A DNA stretch of 36,193 nt from Octopus bimaculoides (GCF_001194135.2 NC_068986.1:55656419-55692611), one strand, 5' to 3'. Shown: positions 1 to 11,848, counted from the stretch's first letter. Translations and numbers: made by a program. Notes: generated by a model from the sequence alone, not told the origin.

Positions 1-148
1 CTTTATATCGCTGTAAAAAACGATCGTCTGCATGAATTAAAATTCTCTTATATTTTAACATCTCCATTTTTAACAATTTTATGGGATTTTTTCCCATATA
101 TTCTCAACACACAATATACAAGTTTTATTTTCATATTAGCAAACTTAC

Positions 149-179
149 GACAGTAGGCTACCAGCAAAATATGAAGAAT
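149..179 (-). CDS. Candidate short coding exon (31 nt, phase 1->2; (N)SSYFAGSLL(S))
   Basis: Minus strand reads ...tttctaatatag|ATTCTTCATATTTTGCTGGTAGCCTACTGTC|gtaagt, with canonical AG and a strong GTAAGT donor. Phase-compatible with the candidate exon at 1665-1698. No transcript evidence. Confidence 0.3.
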
Positions 180-237
180 CTATATTAGAAATCTATTTTT
201 AGAAAACTCCAAATTAAAGGACGAATCTAATTCAACC

Positions 238-281
<44 letters not shown>

Positions 282-295
282 AAGACGGAAGAAAT

Positions 296-704
296 AATGG
301 TTTCAAATTTTGCCACAAGGGCAGACCTTTTTTGGGGAGTGGGTGTATCGATTACATCGGCTCTAGTGTTCAACTAGTACTTAATTTATCGACACTGAAA
401 GGGTGAAAGGCAAAGTCGACCTCGGCAGATAAGCATTTAGCTCGGCGCGCTAACGAGTCTACCAGCTCATCGCCTTATAAGAGACAGAAGATATAACCTT
501 TTCTACTATGGACACAAGGCCTGAAATTTGGTAGAAAGGGCCCAGTCGATTAGATCGATCCCGGTATACAACTGGGCGAAATATCGCTAAGCATTTAGCC
601 CGGTGTGCTAATGAATCTGCCAGCTCGTCGCCTTATAAAAGATGGAAGAAATGATGCTAAGCATTTTTGCACGGCATGCTCACGATTCTGACAACTCGCC
701 GCCT
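296..704 (-). mobile_element. Tandem cluster of three deleted/truncated copies of SINE family B (tRNA-like head plus Deu/Nin-like core)
   Basis: Copies at ~296-477, ~497-635 and ~641-704 share 'ctaagcattt...gtgctaa...ctgccagctcgccgcctt' (reverse of the head). The first also has 'gtacttaatttatcgac...gaaaggcaaagtcgacctcggc'. The first two have different internal deletions relative to the full copy at 16865-17077. Confidence 0.85.
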
Positions 705-1302
705 TGACTTGAATAAATAATAAATGCGTCGTCATTGTCATGCTATCGCTACTTAAGTATTTATTCTACTATTTTTGTTAGTTTCCACCAAAAGATAGCT
801 TTGAACGCTACTTCCTAGTTTTAATGTACTATGGTTATAAACCTACAGATTAAGTTACATAACACACAGAAAATACCGGTTAATTAATTCTGAATAAGTT
901 GTTTATTTTAATCTTGTACTCAGTGACCTAACAATAATAAAATCGTACGTGTGTACCACCGCTTGGTGATTGCCTGCGATCCGGAGTGAGTGGAGATATA
1001 TTGCTAAATAGAATTTTGTATAAGTCTTTTGATCGTAAATCAGAAAAACACTAATCCCAGTGAAGCTGTAAATAAATGATGTAACTCAAACTCTCAGGAA
1101 TTACCTGTGGTTAATAATAGTAAATAATCGTATCTCTTTGCATTAAAGAGAATATTCAAGAAAGTTGTAGGTGTCGATAAATCTAGTTACTATGAAGAAT
1201 CTAATGTTTCAGGCATAGGTCATTCGACGGATTATTAAATTAGTAGTCTGTGGGAGTTAAGAGAGAAGTAAAAAAGTTTAAAAGATAAGAACTGGATGGA
1301 TG

Positions 1303-1303
1303 G

Positions 1304-1334
<31 letters not shown>

Positions 1335-1347
1335 AACGATGATGATT
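1303..1347. repeat. (GAT)n trinucleotide microsatellite
   Basis: Directly visible gatgatgat run; may be the (ATC)n tail of the adjacent LINE-like fragment. Confidence 0.95.
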
Positions 1348-1610
1348 ACAGTGAATTAGAAATGTAGGAAGTGAAGTGTGGTTTGTGGTTGAGGAGATCT
1401 GAGAGAGAGTTGGTTAATATGAGAGGCAAAGTTTGGCATTACTTGGTATGACAGGTTGTGGGAGATAGGCCTGGTAGTATAGTGCGACGAGCACACAGCC
1501 ACACAAAGGAACACGAAGGCAATGGAATGATGTGGAGGAAGACATGGGCTGTTGGAGTGAGGTGGGTGACGGAATTAGAGAATTTGGCGGCGAGTGTTAA
1601 GACCCACTCG
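1345..1610 (-). mobile_element. Possible decayed CR1-like LINE 3' end
   Basis: Purine-rich on +, pyrimidine-rich on -. Minus translation ...SSHYTTRPISHNLSYQVMPNFASHINQL is weakly reminiscent of CR1 ORF2 C-termini and is followed directly by an (ATC)n tail. Confidence 0.3.
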
Positions 1611-1664
1611 GGCCTAAATGTCGGATGAGTATCGAATCGACTGACTTCGTTGTTATTTACTCAC

Positions 1665-1698
1665 TTCCGAAACAACAAGATGCAAGAGCAGAAAGTAC
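1665..1698 (-). CDS. Candidate short coding exon (34 nt, phase 0->1; VLSALASCCFG)
   Basis: Minus strand reads ...ttttacttacattttcataag|GTACTTTCTGCTCTTGCATCTTGTTGTTTCGGAA|gtgagt, with a pyrimidine tract, AG and GTGAGT donor. Confidence 0.3.
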
Positions 1699-1937
1699 CT
1701 TATGAAAATGTAAGTAAAATTGTATCAGGCGTCACTCCTCAGTATAAGGGTTCCAGATTAGGTTCCGCCATAAATTTCTAGAGACCTATAAAAATTGGAT
1801 TATGAGTCTCACCTGAAGATTAAACAGATTAATACCGCTTCAGGAACTTTAGATGACTCCATATATATATGTATTTTTTTTCAGAAAAATTCAAGTAATA
1901 TTTCATCTTCTCCTTGAAAAGTTGGTTTTCTAAGTCA

Positions 1938-2124
1938 CACGCGCGCACGCGCGCGCATATGTGTATACATATGTATATACATATTGTTATGTATATTTAT
2001 ATGTACTTATTTGTATATTATATGTGTGTACATGGCATATATGTATGTCTATATAAAATGCTTATACACACACACACACACAAACACATATATATGCATA
2101 CACACACACATATATATACATACG

Positions 2125-2156
<32 letters not shown>

Positions 2157-2300
2157 CATACACACACATACACACACACACACACACATACACATATATA
2201 TATATTGGAATATGTACATACATACATCCATTTGTTGTTTACACCACCTGTCTTCGTCCGTTGTTTTTTCGTGAATTCTCATATATATATATATATATGT
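1938..2300. repeat. Compound (CG)/(TA)/(CA) dinucleotide microsatellite tract
   Basis: Directly visible; it is the source of the spurious HTHT/YIYI/CVCV ORFs. Confidence 0.95.
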
Positions 2301-3342
2301 TGTTGTACTTGGGGATGGTCATATTGCCAGTTTAGCCAATAAAAACACACGCACTGTATATTTGGTGTTAATTTGCTTCAGCTTTATATTACATTAATCT
2401 TAATCTTATTTCGGCNNNNNNNNNNNNNNNNNNNNNNNNNNNNNNNNNNNNNNNNNNNNNNNNNNNNNNNNNNNNNNNNNNNNNNNNNNNNNNNNNNNNN
2501 NNNNNNNNNNNNNNNNNNNNNNNNNNNNNNNNNNNNNNNNNNNNNNNNNNNNNNNNNNNNNNNNNNNNNNNNNNNNNNNNNNNNNNNNNNNNNNNNNNNN
2601 NNNNNNNNNNNNNNNNNNNNNNNNNNNNNNNNNNNNNNNNNNNNNNNNNNNNNNNNNNNNNNNNNNNNNNNNNNNNNNNNNNNNNNNNNNNNNNNNNNNN
2701 NNNNNNNNNNNNNNNNNNNNNNNNNNNNNNNNNNNNNNNNNNNNNNNNNNNNNNNNNNNNNNNNNNNNNNNNNNNNNNNNNNNNNNNNNNNNNNNNNNNN
2801 NNNNNNNNNNNNNNNNNNNNNNNNNNNNNNNNNNNNNNNNNNNNNNNNNNNNNNNNNNNNNNNNNNNNNNNNNNNNNNNNNNNNNNNNNNNNNNNNNNNN
2901 NNNNNNNNNNNNNNNNNNNNNNNNNNNNNNNNNNNNNNNATATATATATATATATATATGTATGTATCATACACACACACACACACGCACACACACACAT
3001 GCACACACACACGCACACACACACATGCACACACGCACACATAAACACACACAAATCAGAAAAGAAATGATATGTCGAAAAAGGACCAAGTGGTGGTGTT
3101 TAACCAGACAATGGATTAGATTTATTAAAAACTTTGCTTGCCTTGAGGCAATGAATAGGAAGCATGCAGTGGAATCAAAGCCAAAAACTCATAATGGTGC
3201 ACTGAATGTCGATCTTAGGACCAAAGATATCTAGTGATATACACAATAAATGTCAAGTCATCAGTTATATCCTACATTGTGGTTTTAGGAATTTTCAAGA
3301 AACTGCTAAAGTTCAAAGCAGATAACGACTCATACACACACT

Positions 3343-3378
<36 letters not shown>

Positions 3379-3424
3379 TGCAAATACCACAACAGATCTC
3401 AGAATTAGTAGCTGCCATAGATAC

Positions 3425-3469
3425 CATGTTAATGATACTACCCATATAAGCTGCAGTTTTAGCAATTAC
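3425..3469 (-). CDS. Candidate short coding exon (45 nt, phase 0->0; VIAKTAAYMGSIINM)
   Basis: Minus strand reads ...tattatgttcgttatacag|GTAATTGCTAAAACTGCAGCTTATATGGGTAGTATCATTAACATG|gtatct. Good acceptor, weaker donor; open in phase 0. Confidence 0.3.
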
Positions 3470-3540
3470 CTGTATAACGAACATAATACTAGATGCAGAA
3501 ATAAATACATAGTTGGGATTTAAAATAAATTCCTCGGAAG

Positions 3541-3931
3541 TAGGCTTGGTTGTGTGGTAAGAAGCTTGCTTCCCGATCACATGGTTCCGGGTTCAGACCC
3601 ACTGCGTGGCACCTTGGGTAAGTCTCATTCTACTATAGCCTCGGCCCGACCAAAGCCGTGTGAGTGGATTTGGGGGATGGAAACTGAAAGAAGCCTGTTG
3701 TATAAATGTATATATGTGTGTGTGTCTTTGTGTCTGTGTTATCCATCCGTCACCGCTTGACAACCGGTGCTGTTGTATTTACGTCCAAGTGACTTAGCAG
3801 TTCGGCAAAAGAGATCGATAGAATACGGACAAGGCTTTTAAAAAAGTACTGGGATCGATTCATACAACTTTAAAAAAAATCTCCAAGGCGGTTCCCCAGC
3901 ATGACTACAGTCTAATGACTGAACAAGTAAA
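3541..3931 (+). mobile_element. SINE family A, near full length (tRNA-like head, CORE-like segment, TG spacer, 3' module)
   Basis: Head 'ttggttgtgtggtaagaagcttgcttccc...ccgggttcagacccactgcgtggcaccttggg' has A-box- and B-box-like motifs. The 3' module 'cgcttgacaaccggtgctg...cggcaaaagagatcgatagaat...ccccagcatgactacagtctaatgactgaa' recurs at 16051, 19938, 28735 and 29310. Confidence 0.85.
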
Positions 3932-4368
3932 AAAAATTAAAAAAAAGCAATCAGAATAAATGTCACCGCAGAACACACAAAGAATTTTGTGTTAGAAATC
4001 GTACTGTGAAGGCATTCACTTTGTAATTAAGTGGTTATGACCTCGAATCCATTGAGCAACACCTTGGCAACTGTCTTTTCCCATAACTTCAGGTGGATCC
4101 GAGCTTTGTGTTTGAAATTGGGTAGATGGAAACTGTGCAGAAGCTCATCAGAAAACTGTACTTGTTCTTGAGAAATAGTCTTAATCTGTTACCAGGTTTA
4201 AAAGTACTGTCTGGCCCTCGATTATGTTTACTAGAGCCCATCTCGTTGCAGGGATTAGAAGTATGTCTCGAGATAGAAAATAACTCGATATTCTAATACT
4301 GTGCTGCTTCTTATCAACAATCCATCGGCCGTGCTTTCTTCCTCCTTTTTCTCCTCACCAATCTTAGA

Positions 4369-4449
4369 GGCTCTGTTGAAAGACCAAGAGATCTGGCTCT
4401 GTTGAAAGACCAAGAGATCTGGCTCTGTTGAAAGACCAAGAGATCTGGC
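4369..4449. repeat. 26-bp minisatellite, three exact copies (GGCTCTGTTGAAAGACCAAGAGATCT)
   Basis: Units at 4369-4394, 4395-4420 and 4421-4446 plus 'ggc'; no spacers. Confidence 0.95.
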
Positions 4450-5367
4450 GCTATTCCTGACACTTTGTCTAAGGTCCTCTGTGGTTCGACTACAAGGATT
4501 CAGATGATCGATCGACTGAATTACCAGCTCCTGAGCTTTCTGAGACGTGTGCCCTTATTGATATTCTCAGGTAGAATCGGCGTGTGAGATAAGGTTGTAC
4601 CTTTGAATTACAGATGGGGTCCTGTACGGTTTCTATCTATCCAATTTCTCTCACATGGGTCAACTCAAGACTAGAGATATTGACATTTACCCAAAATATT
4701 ACAAAGTAGGATCGAAATCGGGACCTTGTTCATAGACATACGGCCATACCTCACCTCCAAAACCAAAGACAAAAACAAAATAAACACATACAAAATTATA
4801 GATATTTTTGTTTTGTTTTGTAAATCTAATTAGTGAAATGGGAGGAATTATGACATTACGCAAGAAAAATTCCATGCGGTGTTTTAGTCACGAATCAGTA
4901 GGCTTTAAGTTCAAATAGCACCGAAGCCCGACCCGCCTTTTAACATTCAGTGGTTGATAAGAGTAAATATCATTCAAGACTGATGCCAGTCTAACTGATG
5001 CTTCAAGAGTGGGTGAATTGGCAGAGCTCATATTCAAATAGCTTTGTTTTAAACATTCGGATTTGGAATTCTTCCAGAGATACTTTGGTTTTAATCCATC
5101 CGGTATCAATCAAATAAGTACCACACACGATATGGCTGGTGTTCGGGTTGATGTTGACATACCTATGCATGGTGGGAACCCCCAGGGCGCTGCAGTTCTG
5201 GAAAGGAATAATTCGGTAGAGTGTTCAGTGCAATGTCAAGGAAGTTAATTTGAGTGGATTATGAGAGATGCTGGTCCAACGTGTGTTCCTGGATATAAGA
5301 AGTATCAATCTTCCGAATTATTTATTCTCTGAACAATTCTAATTTGCTACTATAACTAATGTACAAT

Positions 5368-5524
5368 CTGTCTTTATGCTCTGAGTTCAAATTCCACCGA
5401 GGTCGATTTTGCCATTCATCCTTTCGGAGTCGATAAAATAAGTACCAGTTGAGTGCTGGGGTCGATGTAATCGACTAGCGCCCTCTCCTGAAATTGCTGG
5501 CCGTGCGCCAAAAGTTGAAATCAA
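5368..5524 (+). mobile_element. SINE family B copy (5'-truncated)
   Basis: 'ctgagttcaaattccaccgaggtcgattttgccattcatcctttcggagtcgataaaataagtaccag' matches the B-box and core of the other copies. Confidence 0.85.
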
Positions 5525-5659
5525 TCTTGTACATCTAATTAATGATATGTACATCACTGTTGAGGTTAGAATAAGATCGAGAAGTTAGCATAATTTTCGG
5601 GTTAGGCTTTTTCCCGAAACAAAATCATAAAATAATATTGCTTTTGTTTTTCTCTCTCT

Positions 5660-6290
5660 CCCTCACCATATACAGGGGCGGCGCCATGGTATTCAGCGTT
5701 CTGAATCAGACCTAAAATGTGCACTTCCTTCTTCCAACTCTACCATGTGTACATTTTCTCCCAACCCTAAAATGTACGCTTTCTTCTCCCATTCTTTACA
5801 ACATTCTTTAAAATTCTTTACAATATTCGCCAGTCTCTTCCCTGTACGACCTCTTCTTTTCGTATAATGTGTGATCCCTTCTCCTAACCCAGCAATATGC
5901 ACCCCTTTATTCCAGTACTTCAATATGTCCATTATCTTTCGGCTTTAAAATGCACAACCATTCTCCCGGACATACAAGATACATTCCTTTCACTCATTCC
6001 TTGAACGTGCGCCTCTTTCTCCAGCAAATCCCCACGATTTCTCTAGCTAACACCCCTTTTACTCCTGCCAAAAAATGCTGTCGAAAAAGGATAATTACGT
6101 TAATACATATCACTGTGTCAGTCTGTTTCTGGGTAAAATTCGAGACGTTTCACGCCAAACAATGAGATACATCATAATATCACACAACTTCCTTATTTCT
6201 TGGCCTCCAGCCTTCTCTTTTCTGGGTGGTATCTCATCTGATCGCTTTATTACTAAGGTTTTGAGCTTTTAGTTGGATTAAAAAAGTTTG
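5660..6290 (-). mobile_element. Decayed retroelement-like coding remnant (possibly the 3' end of an L1/Tx1-clade ORF2)
   Basis: Strongly purine-biased minus strand with broken protein-like frames (INVIILFRQHFLAGVKGVLAREIVGICWRKRRTFKE*V). No diagnostic motif; family assignment is a guess. Confidence 0.25.
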
Positions 6291-6431
6291 TGTATATTGT
6301 TTAGAATGTCCTCAGACTTTAGTGCCCTTGGAAGCCGCTTAGTTTGCATAGAACGTAGCGTTAACCTGTCTAACCGCATTACGTATTTCTTATTTATTTT
6401 TGAATACACCCTGCATTAAATATATTTATAT

Positions 6432-7254
6432 TTCAAATATTGGTATAAGGTCAAATTTGTGAGGGGGTTACTTTCAGGGTTAGCCAATTCACTAAGTCCC
6501 AGTATTTGACTATTACTTTGTATATCAGTCCCAAAAGGATGAAAAGCAAAGTTGACCTCGGCGAGGTTCGATCTCAGAACATAAGGGCTGTAACTATTTA
6601 CCAGAAAGTTGTTTTTCCTGTACACCGCTCTACTGACTCTGTCATTTTACCATCCTTTCATTAAATATATTGGATTCACATTTTGGAACAAAGCCAGTAA
6701 TTTTGGTGGAAGGGGTAAGTCAATTACATCGACTCCAGTGCTCAACTGGTACTTATTTTATCGGCCCCAAAAAGATGAAAGACTAGGTCGACTTCGGAGA
6801 AATTTGAACTCAGAACGTAAAGACGGAAGAAATGCAACGCAGCATCTCGCCCAGCGTGCTAACCATTCTGCCAGCTCGCCGCTTTATGCTAGACGAACAA
6901 GATTGTACATTAATTATAGTAAATAAAATAGGATTGTTCAGAGAATAAATAATTCAGAGGATTGATACTACCTACATCCAGGAGGACCAACATCTCCTCT
7001 CCGGCGTGTTAACGATTCTGCCAGCTGGTCACCTTCTTTTCATTAAATATATTGGTTTCAAATTATGGCACAAGGCCAGCAGGTTTGGGGAACGGAGTAA
7101 GTCGATTGTATCGACGCCAGTGCTCAACTGGTACTTACTTTGTCGACCCCGAGAGATGAAATGCAAAGTCGACATCGGTGGAATTTGAACTCAGAACGTA
7201 AAGACGGACGGAATGCCGCTAAGCATTTTGCCCGGCGTGCTAACGTTTCTGTCA
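6432..7254 (-). mobile_element. Cluster of three SINE family B copies (~6432-6590, ~6655-6883, ~7035-7254)
   Basis: The copies contain variants of 'actccagtgctcaactggtacttatttt...gatgaaa...caaagtcgac.tcggcg.aatttgaactcagaac'. Confidence 0.85.
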
Positions 7255-7889
7255 GCCAACTACTTTACTTGTATTAAATATATTAACATTTACTTGCATA
7301 TTGAGAGATCATTAGAGTTTACTAGGCCAAGCACTGATAGTGATGTTGAAGGTGAGTTTTAGTTGTTAAACATAACATAGAATGTAGGCTTTACAAACGT
7401 CTTCATGGTAGTCATAGTAGAAGCCACAAAAAAAACATAAATAAAAAAAAAATAAAAAAAAAACAAATAAGAAAAATCAAGACGGATGTTATTCTCTAGG
7501 ATATTAAACAATGGGGGTGGCTTTCTTTCTTTAACTTTAAATGATGACATAGTATTTTGATAATCCTTTAGTGGTGAAGGGTTTCAGGACATAATCCAAG
7601 CGAAAGCAGATTTAATGATTCACTAAAGATATTAAACTAATATATTAGGTGTTTCGGAAGACCATTGAATCCTTTAAGTAAAGAAAATGCAAACGCTAGC
7701 ATACATACATACATAATATGCGCGCGCACACACATGCACACGCATGCGTAAATACACAAATACACATGCACCAATAATATAGATCACCACTAATAAATAA
7801 AGTACCAAAATTGTGAGCATAATTTTTGTACAGTACACTACACTACACACACACACACACATACACACACGCACATATATTTATCTTTT

Positions 7890-8100
7890 TTTCTTTTTTA
7901 GTTGTTTCAGTCAGTTGACTGGCCATACTGCAGCACCGCCTTAAAGTGTTTTAGTCAAACAAATCGACTCCAGGTCTTATTCTTTGTATGCCTAGTAGTT
8001 ATTCTATCGGCTTCTTTGCCGAACCGTTACGTTATGGGGACGTAAACACACCAACATCAGTTGTCAAGGGATGGTGGTGGGTCAACACAGATACAAAGAC
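7890..8100 (-). mobile_element. SINE family A 3' module
   Basis: 'gtttcagtcagttgactggccatactgcagcaccgcctt...gccgaaccgttacgttatggggacgtaaacacaccaacatcagttgtcaag' is the reverse complement of the family A 3' module. Confidence 0.8.
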
Positions 8101-8388
8101 ACACAATTAATAAATACACANNNNNNNNNNNNNNNNNNNNNNNNNNNNNNNNNNNNNNNNNNNNNNNNNNNNNNNNNNNNNNNNNNNNNNNNNNNNNNNN
8201 NNNNNNNNNNNNNNNNNNNNNNNNNNNNNNNNNNNNNNNNNNNNNNNNNNNNNNNNNNNNNNNNNNNNNNNNNNNNNNNNNNNNNNNNNNNNNNNNNNNN
8301 NNNNNNNNNNNNNNNNNNNNNNNNNNNNNNNNNNNNNNNNNNNNNNNNNNNNNNNNNNNNNNNNNNNNNNNNNNNNNNNNNNNNNNNN

Positions 8389-8456
<68 letters not shown>

Positions 8457-8481
8457 TGTACACATTTTTAGAAAATATATA

Positions 8482-9595
8482 CAGTATATACTCGAGTAAT
8501 AGTCGATCTCGTGTAAAAGTCGACCCCCTATTTTTGGCCAAAACAATTGGGTATTTTCCATAGACCCCGTATAAAAGTCGACCCTGGCATTTCACGAACA
8601 ACAGAATAACATTTGTATTCTTCTGTACATAGAAATAACGCTGTTACAAAATTCTGTGGCTACGTTACTGTAGCCTGTTCTAAAGGTGGAATGCTTGGTG
8701 CTTATAACAGAATGCTGGGTGCTTGTAGTAAAACACCATTTAATAGCGAACACTACACATCTGTTGATGGGTGCTACATTACCATTACTAAAATGTATGC
8801 ACAGGATATGCTGCAGGCCTTTATACATCTTAAAGCACAAGAAACACATGCGTTATACACTCGTTGTTTACATGGTGAGAAACGTGTTTCACAAACAGCA
8901 TTATTGGCGAACACTGGCAAACGCCACTGCCTGAATTCGTACAAAGGTATGACTTTGATAAGCTTAAAAATATTCAATTAATCGCTAGATCAGTAGTTCC
9001 AAATACAATAAACACATGCATCATATGCTCGTCTGTTTACATGGCGAGAAACGTGTTTCACAGACAGCACTATCAGCGAACAACAGCAAACACCACTGTA
9101 TGAATTTGTACAGAGGCATGACTTAGAGAAGCCTAAAAACATTTAGTTAATCGCTAGATCAGCGGTTCCTAAACATTTTTTACCGCGGAATCCTTCGACA
9201 TTATTTTTAAAAACGTGAAACCCCTGATAAATTTCAGGGAACCCTGGGGGTTTTACAGAACACATTTTTGGAATCCCTGCTTCAGATTAACAACTCTACT
9301 CCACATTATGGACATTTACTGGCAGCTGCACATGAGAGCTACGGGGTCTTGTTTTTAGGTTTTGTTATTTACTAGGACGCGTGTTTTGATGCATAAAATT
9401 GGTAATATTACTATAATTCATTGTGTTTTCGTTTTTATTCGTTTAAAGATCAATTGGGCTTCTGTTGTTGATACGGTACTTCAGATTCCAGTTTGAATTT
9501 CAGTCCCTCAAAAGTAGTATCCCTATAATAGTTGATCCCATTAGTTTGACCTTAAAAGATGGTCTAAAAAATTCGACTTACACGAGTATATACGG
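8482..9595. mobile_element. Non-autonomous pogo/Tigger-like (Tc1/mariner superfamily) DNA transposon
   Basis: Left end TA|CAGTATATACTCGAGTAATAGTCGA; right end TCGACTTACACGAGTATATACGG|TA (reverse complement CCGTATATACTCGTGTAAGTCGA). This gives a ~23-25 bp imperfect TIR with TA on both flanks. Subterminal repeats 'gt.taaaagtcgaccc' at ~8511 and ~8569. No transposase motif seen. Confidence 0.75.
9160..9279. mobile_element. hAT/Charlie-type MITE nested in the pogo-like element
   Basis: Starts CAGCGGTTCCTAAAC and ends TTTTTGGAATCCCTG (reverse complement CAGGGATTCCAAAAA). The 8-bp flanks CGCTAGAT and CTTCAGAT (5/8 identical) are consistent with an eroded TSD. Confidence 0.6.
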
Positions 9596-9645
9596 TATAT
9601 ATATATATATATATATATATTTATTTTTGTAAGATTAACCCTGGC

Positions 9646-9945
9646 ATTAACTGTAGAATTAGAAATGTAGTCTACAGCATAAGGTGTATAGAGGATGCTT
9701 GTAAAGACAAGAACATGATATACATTGGTGAGATATCTCTAGAGACATTGCGGAGAGATTAAATTCACATTTGAGACAATATGACGACAAAAAAAAAAAA
9801 CAAAAAAAAACAGTCCACCATACTCTACAAACATGTGCAAGACGAACATGGAGGTATTCTGGGTCGACTTGACATCCGCATTTTACCCAAGCAACACTCA
9901 GACAAATGCAGGAGTACGTCCTCATAAATGAAACATCCCCCGTAC
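9646..9945 (+). mobile_element. Penelope-like element remnant: GIY-YIG endonuclease fragment
   Basis: Translation INCRIRNVVYSIRCIEDACKDKNMIYIGE, then after frameshifts (E)RLNSHLRQ, ILYKHVQDEHGG and EYVLINETSP. This follows the VVY...C...YIGET...ER..EH...E...I pattern of PLE GIY-YIG domains. Confidence 0.75.
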
Positions 9946-10149
9946 AAACACGCATACATATATATGCATACATACGCACACGCATAATACATACATACAT
10001 ATCTGTATACACATGCACACTGATGCATACATGCGCACAAAAAAACAAACAAAAAGAACGCAACTCCGATAACGGAGAGAGTCAACAACTATTCAAGCAG
10101 TTGCAAGAAGCAACAAAAATCTTAGAAAAAAACATAATAAATAAATATT

Positions 10150-10221
10150 ACAATTCTCTGTTTCACTAAAATGTGAATCACTGTCACAATTCTCTGCTTC
10201 ACTGAAATGTGAATCACTGTC
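10150..10221. repeat. 36-bp tandem duplication (two copies, 2 mismatches)
   Basis: acaattctctgtttcactaaaatgtgaatcactgtc / acaattctctgcttcactgaaatgtgaatcactgtc. Confidence 0.9.
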
Positions 10222-11554
10222 TTACCAATACCAGCCACGTGGATTTAGTTATAAACGTACGATATTCTATCTCTGCTAAACTCACAATTCTTTGAGGCAC
10301 ACGTGACTAAGTTCTTCATTCTTTCATTCGCTCATTCTATATCGCCTTCTTGAGGTAGTTTCAACTTGACATTCAGGAGGTTTTTGCCGAGTGTCTCCGT
10401 GCCATAAGTTCAGTGTTATTTCGTTATTGCAGACTGGATTCGAAGCACGAGATCTTCCTCTAAACCCACCTGGAATTCCAGACAATAGCACCATTCAGAA
10501 GTCCGGATCTTGGCTTTACTTTGTTTAAGTCTCAGCTATGCCCTTCCTTGTTCTCCTTGAGAAAAACAACGGGTACAGTTTAGTGTTGATTCTCATCGCA
10601 TTGCTTCAGACGCACTGCTATTTAAGTGCCCCAAGAATACTCCAGATTTGGTTTTGATGTAATACATGCTTAGCAAAAAATTACTTGCATGGTGACAAAA
10701 TATATTAGGACGACGCATATTCTACAGAGCAATAATAATCAGCTGTTACTTCAGCCTCACCGTCTAATGTTGGAAAGGAATAGAAACACATTGTACACCG
10801 TTCTCATGAAGAATCACAATAAAGTTAGCGCTATTTGGTTAGTAGTCTGTTCTATCAGACCTGATCCATTCGAATATTTCTTACAACACTTGTCAGAATC
10901 TTTCATTTCCGGGTTTGTCTCTACTGCCTCACTAGTTTTTCTCTGACTTCATTTTCTTTCCTGTAACATATTGTAGGATCTAACGAATCCCGTAGTATTA
11001 TGTGGAGTCGGCTTTGCTATTTTAAATACTTCGATGTTAAAGTTAGCTGAAAATTTTTAGAGCAACAATGCAAAATCCAATCTTTCTGGAAAACGAGGTA
11101 ATAATCAAGTTATTTTCGTAGATTCTTACCAGCAGTTTTTCATTCTCGTCACTATCGTTACTGCTACTTCATTTACTGGGAGCATCCATTACAGTATCTG
11201 CTTAAAGGCCAAGTTGATAACACCACATCTGAAACTTCCCTGCTAAGCCGCAGTTGTTGTGGCATTTAGTTTTTGCTTCTAATCAGTTTCAACTTCAGTA
11301 ACACTTTTGTCATCATTTAAAGTTACTACATAGATACAGTCAATACTCTTTATTGCCTGCTTCCTGATCACTGGAATCCACTCTTCTCCATTTTCAAATC
11401 AGATCTTCGCAGTGAATCATATGGATACTCTACAGCTTTTAAAATTTCTTCTGTGTATCATACATTAAATATGATACATAGATAACTATTTTAATTTAAT
11501 ATTACTTCAAATTGCGTACAACAGGCACACAAGACGCACATACCTCTCTACATT

Positions 11555-11590
11555 TGCGCGCGCGCACACACACACATACACATTTCTGTT

Positions 11591-11637
<47 letters not shown>

Positions 11638-11817
11638 TTATCTATATGTATCTATCTCCGTTTCTTTCTTTCTTTTTTCTTTCTTTCTCTCTCCCCCTTT
11701 TTCTTTTTCTTCCTTTCTCTCTCTCTTCCATTTCTCTCTCTCTTCCATTTCTCTCTCTTCCCTCTCTCTCTCTCTCTCTATACATATATATATATGTATA
11801 TATATATATGCATATAC

Positions 11818-11848
<31 letters not shown>

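Noticed and set aside
4369-4449. CRISPR-like 26-bp repeats
   Set aside because: No spacers between units and a eukaryotic context; it is a minisatellite.
7294-7333. Minus-strand exon candidate (V)LGLVNSNDLSIC
   Set aside because: Its phase (1->2) is incompatible with the neighbouring phase-0 candidates, and it overlaps an equally plausible plus-strand pseudo-exon.
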